A stretch of 63,823 bases of DNA, the filler included, from Rhabdomonas costata (taxonomy: Eukaryota): NCBI GenBank assembly GCA_019059605.1. It is 41 parts of 41 records of this genome, joined end to end, with 100 filler letters (N's around TTAATTAATTAA, not from the genome) between each part and the next. Parts side by side here need not be neighbours in the genome. Positions count along the whole stretch, not along the records: positions 23,392 to 24,851 come from JAHMHO010015389.1; positions 24,952 to 26,411 come from JAHMHO010015390.1; positions 26,512 to 27,981 come from JAHMHO010015391.1; positions 28,082 to 29,541 come from JAHMHO010015392.1; positions 29,642 to 31,101 come from JAHMHO010015393.1; positions 31,202 to 32,661 come from JAHMHO010015394.1; positions 32,762 to 34,221 come from JAHMHO010015395.1; positions 34,322 to 35,773 come from JAHMHO010015397.1; 33 more parts are not named here. One strand, given 5' to 3'. The position numbers and the translations under genes were made by a program. Below the pieces are notes generated by a model, which was not told the DNA's origin, did no database searches, and saw only the letters and a list, made by a program, of their open reading frames with translations. Numbering within the stretch: position 1 is the stretch's first letter; each line of letters opens with the position of its first letter. Positions 23,638 to 36,140 of this stretch are shown here, piece after piece.

Positions 23638-24851
23638 CTGGGAAATGGCACGCTCCTGCAGGCCCTTCACCACAATCTCCCCGTCTTCGTCAACCAGCCG
23701 AAGGTCCTTCTTGCGGGAGTCCAGGAGGTCGGCCAGGCGATCGTTGTGAATTTCCAAGCAGGAAATTCCCAGGTAGTACCTGTAAAACCAGAAACACTCC
23801 CGCACCAGTCGAACGACAAGAAACAAAACAACTCACAAGTCAGCATAAATCAAAAGAGTACAGCGTCCCATTTTCCAGCATAACGCAGTCAGGTCGACGC
23901 TAGTGGCTTCCTTACCGGGAAGAAGAATTGAGAATTGAGCCTCGAAGGGACTCCCTTTCCGGAACAGCAAGTGCTGTGAACCTCGATACCTCCATAAAAT
24001 TTGCTCGCAGGCAGCCTATACCGGTTGGGTCTAGGCCGTAGTTGGTGAGGGGTACTAAAGTGACCCTATCCAGAATAGCACCAACAGCCCCACTGTATAA
24101 CCCGTCCCCACTTGTGTGTGTGGGTCCCCAGTGCCGGGCCACGGCCTTGAGGGGTTCGGGTGTAGGGTCGCGGCCTACAGGCTGGCCTGTAGGGACTGTA
24201 GGCCCTAGTTAACACAACGGGATCATGACACATCGACTCCAAATGTGTATGGTGGGTCCCCACAACTTCCAGTCATGGGATGAAGGCAGTACACTATGAA
24301 AGTGATATACATGTTTGCTTGTGTCTAGCAAGTGCGGTTCATTGACCTCTGGGACGAGTCCCACGAGTCCACCAAGCTGGAGAACTCTTGTACTGTGCCA
24401 AAGGCCTGCTGGACAGCCCTCTGCTCCTGCTCCGCCTCCTCCCCTGTTGCCGCGACGCCCCGAGCCGCGGAGCGAGAGCACAGCGCGATCCGGGCGAAGA
24501 TCCCGCGCACAGCTCGAGGCAGAACCCCCTGGAAGTCCCCCAGAGGAGGACCGGAACCAAAACCAGACACTCACAAATGCCCTCCACTTGGGTCACAGTC
24601 AAGTGCACCCTTTTGGAGTGTTGAAGTTCAAGTCAATGAGAGTCAATGATAGCCCACATTCGGCGACGCGTTAACCTCATCTGACTCAACACCGTGCACG
24701 GTGTAAGTCTTGCCGGCGTTGGTGACGCCGTACGCGAAAAGGAGGGAGCTGCCTCCCAGGAACAGCGACTGCAGCAGCGGTCGCACCACGCCCTCGAAAA
24801 GCTCCCTCTGCGAGCACTGCTGGTCAAACACTTGGTCGAAGAAGTACCACC
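23638..24851 (-). CDS. Kinesin motor domain, kinesin-6 (KIF20/MKLP)-like; exons 24676-24851, 24347-24528 and about 23638-23779
   Basis: YFFDQVF...LLFAYGVTNAGKTYT (P-loop; GVTNxGKT is typical of kinesin-6), GVLPRAVRGIF plus a long loop-6-like insert, ISCLEIHNDRLADLL...VKGLQE. Two GT-AG introns join in phase. Confidence 0.92.
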
Positions 24852-25478
24852 NNNNNNNNNNNNNNNNNNNNNNNNNNNNNNNNNNNNNNNNNNNNTTAAT
24901 TAATTAANNNNNNNNNNNNNNNNNNNNNNNNNNNNNNNNNNNNNNNNNNNNGTGTTGGGTGTGGTTGGTGTGTGCGTGCGCGTGTGTGCACGTGGGTACC
25001 TCCTTTTCTGTGATTCGTCTTTTGTGCTGCAACTGGAGATTGCGTTGGAACTTGTGGGGTCAGCGAGGAGTGTGGCGTTGCTCGCCCTTTAGGTTTCGTT
25101 CAGCTGTGGTGTGGCTTTTTATCTGGCTCAACCATGTTGAGTACACTCCCCCGTCACCACTGCGGCAGTGCCATATGTGGTGTGCATACCTTCGCGGAAC
25201 GGGGAACCTGTATCGCCTCTTTTCATCACCTCCCACTTCCCCACAGGACATTGATCGCGTTGAGTGGTCCCCAAATGCCACGGAAAAAGGATCTGAGGAG
25301 GAAGGTTGAGGGAAGATTTTCTGCAAGGAAGAGTTGCAGCACCCCGCACATAAGGAGATGCTCTGTGAGCATGATGGGGAGGGAAGAGTGTGTGCCAGCG
25401 TGATGGGGAGGGAAGAGTGTGGCTTAGCTAATGTGGGTGCCTGCCTGCCTTTTTTTGTGAGCGGGGGGGGGGCTTCAG

Positions 25479-25631
25479 TCCTTTCTGACGTGGCCCCACT
25501 ACGAGTGGCTGTGCTTCCTGTTCTTGTGCCTGTACTTCGTTGTGATGGTGTTCTTGTTCTTCCTGGGGCTGCGGTTTGTGCGGTACTCCGAACGCTTCGA
25601 TGACCATCCTGGGGCCGACCCAGAGCGCAAG
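25479..25631 (+). CDS. Internal exon with one transmembrane helix, possibly an ABCG/PDR-type transporter
   Basis: SFLTWPHYEWLCFLFLCLYFVVMVFLFFLGLRFVRYSERF with a CAG acceptor and probable GC donor (AAG|GCGAGA). The family call is weak. Confidence 0.5.
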
Positions 25632-26679
25632 GCGAGAAAGCGGCTGGGGAAGCCCAAGACAAGGCCCACGGCGTGTGGGTGGGGCGGAGTAATGATCTCT
25701 CCCCCGGTCGGTGCGGGGTGTATGTTGTCCTCTCCCCCTCCGGGGCTGGAGCTGGGAGGGGGTCTATGGGGTGCGGGTGGTGTTGCCAGGGCGAACTGGC
25801 TGTCGGGACTGCCTTGTTCACCGCGCACGCCGTGCGCTTCGCCGGTGGGGTGGACGCCAGTGGGCTGCTTCTCAGGTCTGCGTGGAGCTGCGAGTAGGCG
25901 TTGCAAGATATGTGTGCCTCGGCAGTGCATAGAGTTTTAGTGGGGGAGGCTGTGAATGGGAATCAAGTGGGATGTTATCATTGCGTCGTTGCCTAATGCA
26001 CTGTGCTACAACAAATGTCGCTTCCATGAACTGCAAACCAGCAGCACCACAACACCCGCTCTGTTGGTCATAATCACAACGTGCGCCAAAGTGTTTTTGT
26101 ATCCCTTCTCCAACTGTTCATGGAATATATACTTAGTCGTGCGTATTCACCAGGAGAACATCGCTGCTGTGAATCATGTCAAGTTTGAGTTGCAAATCTT
26201 GCATTCTGTGTTATTTCCTGATCCTGAAGTTTACTTTGCTGAAAAGGGTGCTTCGCTCAGTCAGTGGATCAAAATGCATTCTCAGCAAAAACGTCAAAGT
26301 AGAGGTTTTAGTTTGATAGTACTGTGTATACATTGGGTGCTGTGTTAAGGTACAATAGAGCATTCAATTCAAGGAGAGCAATTTTATTCGAGCCAGGATT
26401 CGCTGTACTTGNNNNNNNNNNNNNNNNNNNNNNNNNNNNNNNNNNNNNNNNNNNNTTAATTAATTAANNNNNNNNNNNNNNNNNNNNNNNNNNNNNNNNN
26501 NNNNNNNNNNNGGGGGGTTGGTGCAGACGAGAGTGGATGGAAAGAGCGTTATCAAAGGGTTTGCTCTTTAATTTCCTGTGTTTGTGATTCTGTTGGTTGT
26601 GCGTTGTAATTAGGTTGCAAGGGAGAAGCGCGGAGGCGAAAGAGCCGGCGCAAAACCCAGAGGGAGGTAGAGTGTGGGG

Positions 26680-27400
26680 ATCATAGCTGCTGCTGTTGTG
26701 GTCGTGAACGCTGCTGTGCTTGCACTGTTGCTGCGTAAGTCCCAGCCTGCTTGAAAGGAGGAGAAGGGGAGAAGGGGTAGCCAGAGTCGCACCCAGCCCG
26801 CCCCCGTGAATAAGCAGAGCCCGAGGCCGCGAGCCAGCAGAAGTCAAGACACCAGGTTCCCCCTTGCAAAGCTCGTACCCCCTTCTGTTGGTTTGCAGAA
26901 TGACCCCGAAGTGGTCGAAAAGCCGAGCTAAAGAGAGAGATTGCCTCGCCGCCCACTTTGCATAACGCACCCAAGCACCCAGGAAAGACCGAAAAGCCTT
27001 GCACGCAGCATCAGACACGACAAACTCACTCCTGACCGAGAGAGACCCCAGGTTCCCTCGCACGCCGGACTATGGACGCAAGTCGGAGCCGTACCGGTAG
27101 TAAGAAAATCACGCTCTTGGGGGCAACCAAGGTACGCCGGGAAAGCGCCCACTTTGCGAAAGCATAGTCGGGATAAGGATGCTGACCACGAGTCAAGTGG
27201 AACCAGCGGCAGAGCCGTGTTACACGTAAGTGGTGTCGGTTGCAAGCCGGGCCGTGACAGAAACCCTCCGTGAGACGCTGGCCAGGATCCGGCAGAACTT
27301 CCCAGCGTTGGAATTGCGGACGGGACCGCCTTGATCGACGCGCTGGGGGAGAAGCGCGCCTGCAGGGTGACTTCCTGAACAACCAAGCCGTTCACTGAAA
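26680..27400 (-). mobile_element. Probable 3' part of a decayed non-LTR retroelement; 26680-26885 is shared with 21840-22038
   Basis: gctgtgcttgcactgttgctgcgtaagt and gcagaagtcaagacaccaggtt.ccccttgca are on two contigs. Frameshifted Cys/His-rich peptide (RLCRWFHLTRGQHPYPDYAFAKW...GCP...TCVH..AC). The repeat is certain; the class is tentative. Confidence 0.45.
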
Positions 27401-27920
27401 TGGAACTATCCGTGCTCGTTTGCCCTTTCCCAAATCCGCCAGATGGCCCGCCATACGTACCGGCGACCCAGGGCAAAAGGGAACTGGCCGTTAATCAGGC
27501 CTGACTTTTCCAAGGCGCCGCCGCAAACTAGAAATTCATGCCTTTGTTGATCGGGTGCCGGTCCCGTTCGTCGATGCATCGGGACTCCGAGCGACCTCCC
27601 GCCTTTGCCCCGGCGGCGGGTCGGGCAGGAAGCCTGATGACACGCTTGGTAGCAGGCCTGGCAAGTAGCAAGGACTTGGGCTCGGGTGGGGTAAGCTGGG
27701 GTGCCCGGCCAGTCCCCGGGAAACGAGGGCGACGGGCCGGCAACGACCACTGCTGGTCGATTAGTGGACGTGGCCCCTGGGATAGAACGGCCTCAGCGGG
27801 ACGGGTTTGGTGGGTTTCCCCGTGTGCACCGGGAGGCGACGGACGGGGCCGCCGTCACACACATGGCGCCTTGGCGCGCTGTGCTGTGGCGTGTCCTTGT
27901 GCTGCTTGTGCTGCACACCG

Positions 27921-27922
<2 letters not shown>

Positions 27923-27978
<56 letters not shown>

Positions 27979-27981
27979 CAC
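27923..27981. repeat. (CA)n microsatellite; others at about 4072-4101, 15288-15327, 35327-35361; (CT/GA)n at 3211-3245 and 52822-52863
   Basis: Directly visible dinucleotide arrays. Confidence 0.97.
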
Positions 27982-30900
27982 NNNNNNNNNNNNNNNNNNN
28001 NNNNNNNNNNNNNNNNNNNNNNNNNTTAATTAATTAANNNNNNNNNNNNNNNNNNNNNNNNNNNNNNNNNNNNNNNNNNNNGTGGTTGTGTGGTATACCA
28101 GACCGTCAGGGCCGTCTGATTTTCGTCACGGTAAAACCATTTCACAAAGCTTAAGATAATCCAGGTGGAAAGTTACGCAAAGAGAGAGAGAGAGAGAGAA
28201 GAAGGCAAAGCAGGCCAAGGAGCAAGGAGAGAGCAGAGGGCAGGCCTAGGGTTTTGGTGAAAACAGATGGTCACCCGAAACGCGAAATGAGTGGCCTGTC
28301 GTTGGGGTAGGAATTGTCTCTTTTTCCCTCGGCCGCAGTGGTACCTTTTATGCGCTTTAGTGTCCCTTTTGCGCTGCATCTTGCTCCACAAAGCATGCTA
28401 AGCATGCTGTTTACCACAACACCCATAAAGTACTGACTGGTTTTCAGGAGTTGGGACCGGTTGTTCGACATTCGAAGAGAAATTGAAGGGCGGAAAATGG
28501 TTACAAGAAGCGGTAAAGAAGGGGAGGAAACGAGGTTCTGTTATTGTTGGTATTTGTGTGCAGTTGGTGTGGCCAGCTCGAATGGGTAAGAAGGGACACT
28601 AACAAAAAGTAAAACGCCCACAGCCCACAGCAGAACGATGGAGGGCGCACGCACGCGGCACACGACACACGGAGCGAATTCATCACACTGACTACAAGCT
28701 ACCTTTTTCGGGAGGGGGAGATGGACGGGTTGCGTCGGACTTTGACACCCGAAGTGTCAGAAGTGACGGCCAACAAGTGCTTCACCGAATCAAGAAATCA
28801 AGGCGTTGAATGGGCTCTCTTGCAAAACGGTTCGGAAGGGGCGGGCTTATCACTGATCGCTTATCGCGGCTTATCACCACCCTACCTGATTCACAAACTA
28901 AAAACAAACTAAAAACAAGCACGTGGGGCCAGCTCATGAGCGAAAATGAAACCGGAAAGTCAAAAGCCAGGGAGGGCCGGTGGGGGGTGAGGTGAGAGCG
29001 TACCCCGTGGGGTCTCCCGCTCGTCCTTCTCGTAGCCAGACTTCATGCCATAAATGATCCATCCCCCGCCGCACCGCCGCCCGCCCGCCTCTCTTTGAGA
29101 GGGCATCGGCTCCGGCGGGTCCGGAGGAGTCCTTTTCACATCACCCCTCTCAACTCAGAAAACTGCTTTCCAGAAAAACAAAGAAGGGATCTGTGAAAGT
29201 AGACCGCGGCACACCCATGACATGTGTGTGTTCGCTGGGTTTTAGGGCAAGGAAGCCCAGGGTTCCGTCAGGAGATCGCCGGAGAGTCTCCCGGAACCCA
29301 GGAGCAGCCAGCGCAGGAGAGGACACCAGGAGCGCAGGGCCCACTCACCATCTCCTGCAGGAAGAGGAGGAACACCGGAGTTGAGAGCAGCCTTCGCCGC
29401 TTGGAGGCGTTGGACACTGCCTTGACGGGATCCATCCGGAGGGCTCTCTGGACTGGGTCGCTCACCCATGACATCGAATGGGACCCATCCATCACGGAAA
29501 AATAAAGTCCCACCATTAACCGTCAAGGGGAAAACCGGGTANNNNNNNNNNNNNNNNNNNNNNNNNNNNNNNNNNNNNNNNNNNNTTAATTAATTAANNN
29601 NNNNNNNNNNNNNNNNNNNNNNNNNNNNNNNNNNNNNNNNNGTTGGTGGGTGAGGGTTGTACGGAAAACTCTCAGTGAGTTTTTTGTTGGTGTGTTGTTT
29701 ATGGCTTCGACTTTGAGTCTCATATCGCATTTTTGTAAGTTGATGTATCACGTTAGTCGTAGTGCAGTTGAAAAGGCTGCTGTGCTATTTTTCTTTCGCT
29801 CTGCCCCTTTATTCCCGTGTGCGGAGAATTATTTACAAAAAAACCCGTCGTTTGTTTTTGACACCTCGACTCGTGCTGTTGAACGAATAATAGTTGGAGC
29901 AGGGTGCTGTATTTGTTCGAGGGTTTTCGGAAGCGCCCATCTTAGATGGGTGTGATGATCAACTTGTTCTGTTCTGATTTGAATGCTCTCTGGATCATTA
30001 GTCATCTCTCTTTCCCTTTTTTGCTTTTCTTATTCTTTGCTGCTACGATTGAAAGCCGAATGTGCTTTTGGCGGGGTGGGAGCACACTTAGCCCCTTCTG
30101 CATCGACACTTCAACTGTGTGCTTTCGTTATTAACACAAATGTCTACCCGGAATCGCAAGTGTTCAGAAAATGATGTGAACCAATGGACATTACCATCCG
30201 AGCGTTTGTCTTGGCTTTCCCACTATATTACATTTTAGAAGTGCCTGAAATTGCAGCGCACAGGTTTGTCAGAGGGAGATGAATTGCGTTCTGCTCTGAA
30301 GGGTCGATTTTCCCTTTTGAAATTGGGAGAGGGCACAATATGTTAGGGTTTGGGAGCGAAGAAAAGAAGTCGCGTTCAGGCGATGAACGCCGTTGTATAA
30401 AAATATAAATGTAGTTATTGGAGCCGTTGTTTCGTGTTCGCTGTGAGAGCCGAAGATGATTGACAGAGTGAGGGTTTGGATTATGGAGAATGGAATCCTT
30501 GGCTTGAAGATGTGCCCCCTTGAAGATGTGGCAAGTCACATGCACGACGACTTTCGCAGAGGGCATGAGGGGAGCTGATTACCGACACAATGAGTTGCCC
30601 GAGGCTTACCACCTTTTCCACCGACCGATGCGGAGATGAAATAGGATGGATATCAGATTCAACCTGAAAAGTGCGGAAGAACACGGCTGGAACAGGACGA
30701 TCACACGCGTTTACTCGTTAATTCAAACACAATTATTGTCTGAAGGTTAAAATGTATCCGGTCAAGTCAACGCCCCGCGAGACTACGCACAGCACCGTTT
30801 TTTAAGAGGAGAAGCATCGTCGGGGCTCTGTTGTTTGTCGAGAGGATAGGAGCGGGCTGCCCTCCTTCTTTCGCCTGTCACCCTTGCTCGCTTTTCTTCC

Positions 30901-32808
30901 TGTACATAGTGGTCCCCCAAGCTCCCCTGCGACATTAAATACACAGAAAAAATGTAGAAATGTAGAAAAATACGCCGCCTTAACTCAAGGGCGGGGGTGC
31001 GACGAGTTTTCGGGGCACCCCATGCTTCGCAAGCAGGCCGGCACACCAGTTTAATACTTCCCCGGTTAACTGCGAAGGCATTCCCGGGACTCCAACACAC
31101 ANNNNNNNNNNNNNNNNNNNNNNNNNNNNNNNNNNNNNNNNNNNNTTAATTAATTAANNNNNNNNNNNNNNNNNNNNNNNNNNNNNNNNNNNNNNNNNNN
31201 NGGTTTTTTGTGACCCTGTGGAGGGCGAGCTGCGAAGGCAGCAGCTGGTGGTCTTGCAGCGCGTGTGGATGCACGACCTGTCGAGGTTCCTGCTTTCGAA
31301 GTCCTGTGAGGGTGGAGACCCAGTCCCCGTCGCTAATCCCGCCAGAGCGAAGCCCAAAGCTGCAGATCGACGGGTTCTCAGGAGGCGTGGGATTTCTACG
31401 AGTTGCGCAAGCACAAGCCCCCAGTTTCCTCCGGCGGCAGAGGTTCTGGGGAGGGAATGAGACTGTCTGCTGCCTTCCCACTGCACTTTGTCCACGCTAG
31501 GGTTTCCTAATTGCCACACTTACACTATGTAGATTTCAAAAAAAAAATACGCATCAAAACTATTGCTGTGACTCCAGCTTTCGTTCTGTGACTATGTGCA
31601 CTATTTGTATACATGCAGAATACATGGATGATTATTACGTGTAATCATTTTTTCGTTTTTCGCTCTACAATGGCTTGAGAGCCTGAGCCTTCTTCGGGCA
31701 ACGTGTGAGTTTTTTCTTTCGTGAATGAGAATATCAGTGTGGGCATGTCTGAAGCCGTTGCCTCTTCCAGACGTGTCTCGATCGAAACGGGGAAGGTGTT
31801 GAACAGGGGTGACTGAGGATAATCACGGATCAGATCCCGCCCCGTCCATTGCATTTACGGGGCTGTCCGTGCCCCGTGCCCCATGGATCCATGTTGTTTC
31901 ATCTTCATTCGCTTTTTGCGAGCACATCAACGTGGAAAATGTCAATGGCCTAGCGTCGGAAGCACTACTAGCGGCAAAGCTTGCCCCGTTGCCATAAATG
32001 TGATCTCTGTCAAGGGCTCTGAATGCAGCAACGTGAGCACGCCAAAAGCATTCCCGACACCTGCAGTGGCAACGGCTTCAGATTCTGTTTGCCTTGCCCA
32101 ATGTACTACACTTGAAAATATACCCTCCGAGTTGGTGCAGCATGTTTTGCTATTTTTCAAGACTAGCTTGTAACGACACGCACACAAACATCACCGCTAT
32201 TCCACCAAGGCGACGGTGAGAAGCAAAGGACAGGCCCATAGGCCCATAGGCACATACCACTTGTTTTTCCAAGCCACACTGCCCGCATATTGAGCTTCTT
32301 CTTCCGCCTTCCGGATCCGTTTTTTTTTCGGCCCGGCGCCCTTTTTATAAAAGCCCATGTGTGCTTTGTTTGCGCGTTGCCACGGTTTCTTTATATGGAC
32401 GTTCGTCCTTTTGCCTGGCTGATCCGCGTTTTGCCCGGCCTTCCCTCCCCGTACCCCTAAGCGCCCGCGGTCGTCTCGCGCCCGGTCCTGGTTTGTTTGC
32501 CCTACCTTTTCCGTTCCCTTTCACCATTCAATAAAGAAGTTTGGGTCAAACTTTGCGGATTCGGACGTTTTATGGTTTTACGTACAAAAATATGACCTGG
32601 TTTTAATCGACTTGGTAACTCAGGTGAGCTACTCTGACTCGTATTAATGTCATTCTGTTGTNNNNNNNNNNNNNNNNNNNNNNNNNNNNNNNNNNNNNNN
32701 NNNNNTTAATTAATTAANNNNNNNNNNNNNNNNNNNNNNNNNNNNNNNNNNNNNNNNNNNNTTGTTTTTGTGCAGTAACTCGCCTTCACTCTACTTTCTG
32801 CTGAAGCA

Positions 32809-32976
32809 ATGATGCCTGGAAAGGGAGTGAGCTCGTTTGCGTTGCTTTTTCTTCTTGCGGTAGCCCTGGCTGTGCTCGCCTTCCCTTTGGTGCGGGCTGA
32901 GGACGCTAAGGAGGGCACGGCGGAACCAAAGGCGGCGCAGAAGATGGAGCCGAAGAAACCCAAGGGAAAGTGCAAG
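32809..32976 (+). CDS. First coding exon of a secreted or membrane protein with a signal peptide
   Basis: MMPGKGVSSFALLFLLAVALAVLAFPLVRA-EDAKEG shows an n/h/c signal with a VRA cleavage motif. GT donor at 32977. Confidence 0.65.
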
Positions 32977-35324
32977 GTGTAAACTGTCCTTTGAATTTAA
33001 CTTTTCATTTTCATTTCAGCTAGTTTTAACTCTGTCCGAAAATGTTTGGAGTGCTTTTTTTTCTGGTTCTGAATTTTGAAGTGACGCGGTCGATATTATA
33101 TTTGGTGGTCTGTTGCACACACGAACCAGAGTTCGGATGGAATTTGCTCTCCGTGGATGGGTTGAGGTGAAAACGTGAAGTCACACGGATACGTGTGTGG
33201 ACTCATGCCAAGGTCCTGTCGATTTCCGGATTTCCGCACAACGACTGGATCAACACTTGGGTCGTCTTGTGGAAGCACAACCAGAGCTGCTCCGAAGGAA
33301 CCAGGAAGTGCTTTGTCAAGGTGTCGTTTCGTGTGTATTTGCTGTCTTGTCAATTACACATTTGTGTGCTCTCTTCCCGATGTCATTCTTTCGCCCCGCT
33401 TGTGTTGTTATTATGTGCTATGCATCTATTACCTTCTACCTCCTGCCACCACGACCTTACCCCATGCTGTCTTCCTTTTCTACTTCTTCTTTCATATGCC
33501 TTTCCCACACACATTTTCAAACACACTCATTCTCCCTGCAGATTTGGTACCCCGACGAAGCTATGTTGTTATTCTGCGTTTTCTTGCGTGGTAAGAAGCC
33601 GTCTGAGAAAAAGAAAACCTGTCATCTCTCAATTCACACATTCTTTTTGCGTACTTTCTGTCTTCGTCTCAGAACACTCCCAAAGGTGAGTCAAAACATG
33701 TCGTCAGCAGCTGGAGATTCCGTTGTGTTTGCAGAACTTAGATCCAGTTCCTGACAACCTTCGCATTCTGGCCCACAAGGTCCCTGGGATGGACTTCGCC
33801 CTTCCTACGCTAAACCAGTCCACGGGGTGTGTACGTGGTTGCCATTTGTGGGTTTGCTATGTTTCAGGTCAACACCTCATGGCACGGTTGTGGAAAAGTA
33901 GAAAAGTTTGAGTAGTTTGCGACTGCATGGGGCTGAGGCGAAAGAAATAGGTGAGGAAATGGATGGTCTTTAGTCCAACAGAGGGTTTCCTTTTTCCCAT
34001 CCACATGGTCCGAAGGTTGCTACGTTCGATTGGTTCAAGCCCAACACTAAGCCCAACACGTAAAAAATCAGACTTTGGCCCGTGGCCGAGTTAATTTTCA
34101 CTCAAGAGTGCACGGGAGCCACCAAAGTGACACTTCACCCCACTCAGAGAGAAGATCGTGTCCTGTGATGTCATACTTTTTACACAACCCAAATAACCAA
34201 GCAGTAGTGTCGGGGGTACTCNNNNNNNNNNNNNNNNNNNNNNNNNNNNNNNNNNNNNNNNNNNNTTAATTAATTAANNNNNNNNNNNNNNNNNNNNNNN
34301 NNNNNNNNNNNNNNNNNNNNNGTGGTGGCGGTGGAGGGACAGAGTGGAGAGGGGGGAGAGGAGAGGGGAAAGAGGCAACGGCTATGCGAGTGGGTGCCGC
34401 ATACGCATACATACACATACGACAAAAGGAAGCGACCAGGCCCCGAAAGTCTCCAGAGGAGGGAGGGCACAGGGCAGCACCAACAGCAACAAAGGCAGCA
34501 AAGAATCTCAACCAACACCACAAGAAGGAGCAGCACAAGGACAATCGGGGTGGGTGGGGGGAGGGGGGAAGCTGCGGGAAAGAGAGAAAGTTGCAATATT
34601 GAGGTTTATGAAAGGAAGCGTTGGGCCCTGGTAACAGACGGAGCAGAACCTGACAGCAAACGAAGGGCCCATAACAAATTCTCTGTCCCAATTGACAAAA
34701 ACCCATGCAGGCATTGTGTGCTTATCGGGTGAGTTCTTGATTTCGCGATGTTTCACACTGGTTTTCACGCGCCAAAACATTCACACACACATACTCAATC
34801 ACTCACTCAGTTGGGAGTAATGGGAAGACACTGTTGCGGATACTGCCAGGCACCGGCTCGAATCGGGCTCGCATCTTTATCTATATTCACAGTCACGCTG
34901 GTCACACCCAAACGGGGACTTAAAACGTGAAACCTTGGGGCCAGCAGGTGCTGAGGACATAATTGCCTCGGCGCTCACATTTAACTAGAGGCTTAAGTGG
35001 TGGCATAACTTGACGGCTGATAAATGTCAAACATCGACCACAAACGCCAACGCACACACATACACAATTACACACACGCGCGCGCCGCACACACCACACA
35101 CACACACACGCACACACACACAAGGCATCGTTTTGGCAGTCTATTCTGCCTCCAACAGGCTTTCGATACTCTCCCGCTGCCGGGCCGCTTAACGATCCCC
35201 CCTCTGCTGCTGGGCGGAGGTTCTTGGGAAACCTTAATGGCCCATTAAACCGCGGTTCTATGGAGCTCCAACTGCCCCGTCCAATCTGCTAAGAGCTCTG
35301 TGGCCTCTCTTCAACTTTAGAACA

Positions 35325-35362
<38 letters not shown>

Positions 35363-35370
35363 GTGCTCAC

Positions 35371-35663
35371 GCAAGCATGTACACGCCCAAAGTTTCACCC
35401 AACGCGTTCCTCAGCGTCTCCAGCTTGACATTGATGTTTGTCGACAGGAACTGCGGGACGCTCATGTTGCTGGACCAAAAAAAGCGTCAGAGGAAAGCGT
35501 TCGAAGAAAAAAGCAAGCACCGATGCAAAAGGAAAATAAAGGGAACCCCAGGTCGTAGCACCTGCGCAAAAGTCCATCCAGCACATTGGAAATCACCGCA
35601 AGGGTCGCGTCTGAGGGGGTGTCACGGACGTAGTCGGACACAATTATGCTGTTCCGGGGATTC
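35371..35663 (-). CDS. FCP1/SCP (NIF) family CTD-like phosphatase, C-terminal part, kinetoplastid-like; exons 35562-35663 and 35371-35469
   Basis: NPRNSIIVSDYVRDTPSDATLAVISNVLDGLLRS|NMSVPQFLSTN...GETLGVYML. N..N.I...D..L fits the NIF C-terminus, and VPxFL...G...YxL recalls trypanosomatid CTD phosphatases. The 92-nt GT-AG intron is in phase. Confidence 0.75.
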
Positions 35664-35873
35664 CTGACAGCCAAGGAAGGAATCAGTCGCAGGTAGAACG
35701 GAAGGAGAAGCTGCGGTGAGGCAGAGAAGGACTGGTTTTTCATGGTCGTTCCTGCCAAAAAAAACCACACAAANNNNNNNNNNNNNNNNNNNNNNNNNNN
35801 NNNNNNNNNNNNNNNNNTTAATTAATTAANNNNNNNNNNNNNNNNNNNNNNNNNNNNNNNNNNNNNNNNNNNN

Positions 35874-36140
35874 GTGTTTGTGGAGGTCTCTGACTCTTCC
35901 TCGGGGTCTTCCTCCTCCTCCTCCTCGTCTTCTTCTTCTTCTTCTTCTTCTTCTTCGTCTTCGTCGTCGTATCATCATCATTGCCCGCACCCCACTTCCT
36001 GCCGCTGTTGCGCAGAACGTGGTTGTAGTTAATGTCCTCGTCTCTGAGTTCATCCTCTTCACTGCGCTCATCACTGCTGCCCTCGCCAGCACCGCCCTCC
36101 GATACCCCAGAAGACTGTCCCGCCCGTTGGGTACTGTGCT
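35874..36140 (-). CDS. Acidic low-complexity exon with an apparent 1-nt frameshift near 35970
   Basis: EGSSDERSEEDELRDEDINYNHVLRNSGRKWGAGNDDD continues as DDEDEEEE...EDPEEESE only in a shifted frame. Confidence 0.45.

Noticed and set aside
25956-26348. 130-aa ORF as a host gene
   Set aside because: It is AT-rich and atypical of the exons here. At best it faintly resembles a gypsy RT-RNase H linker, which is too weak to call.
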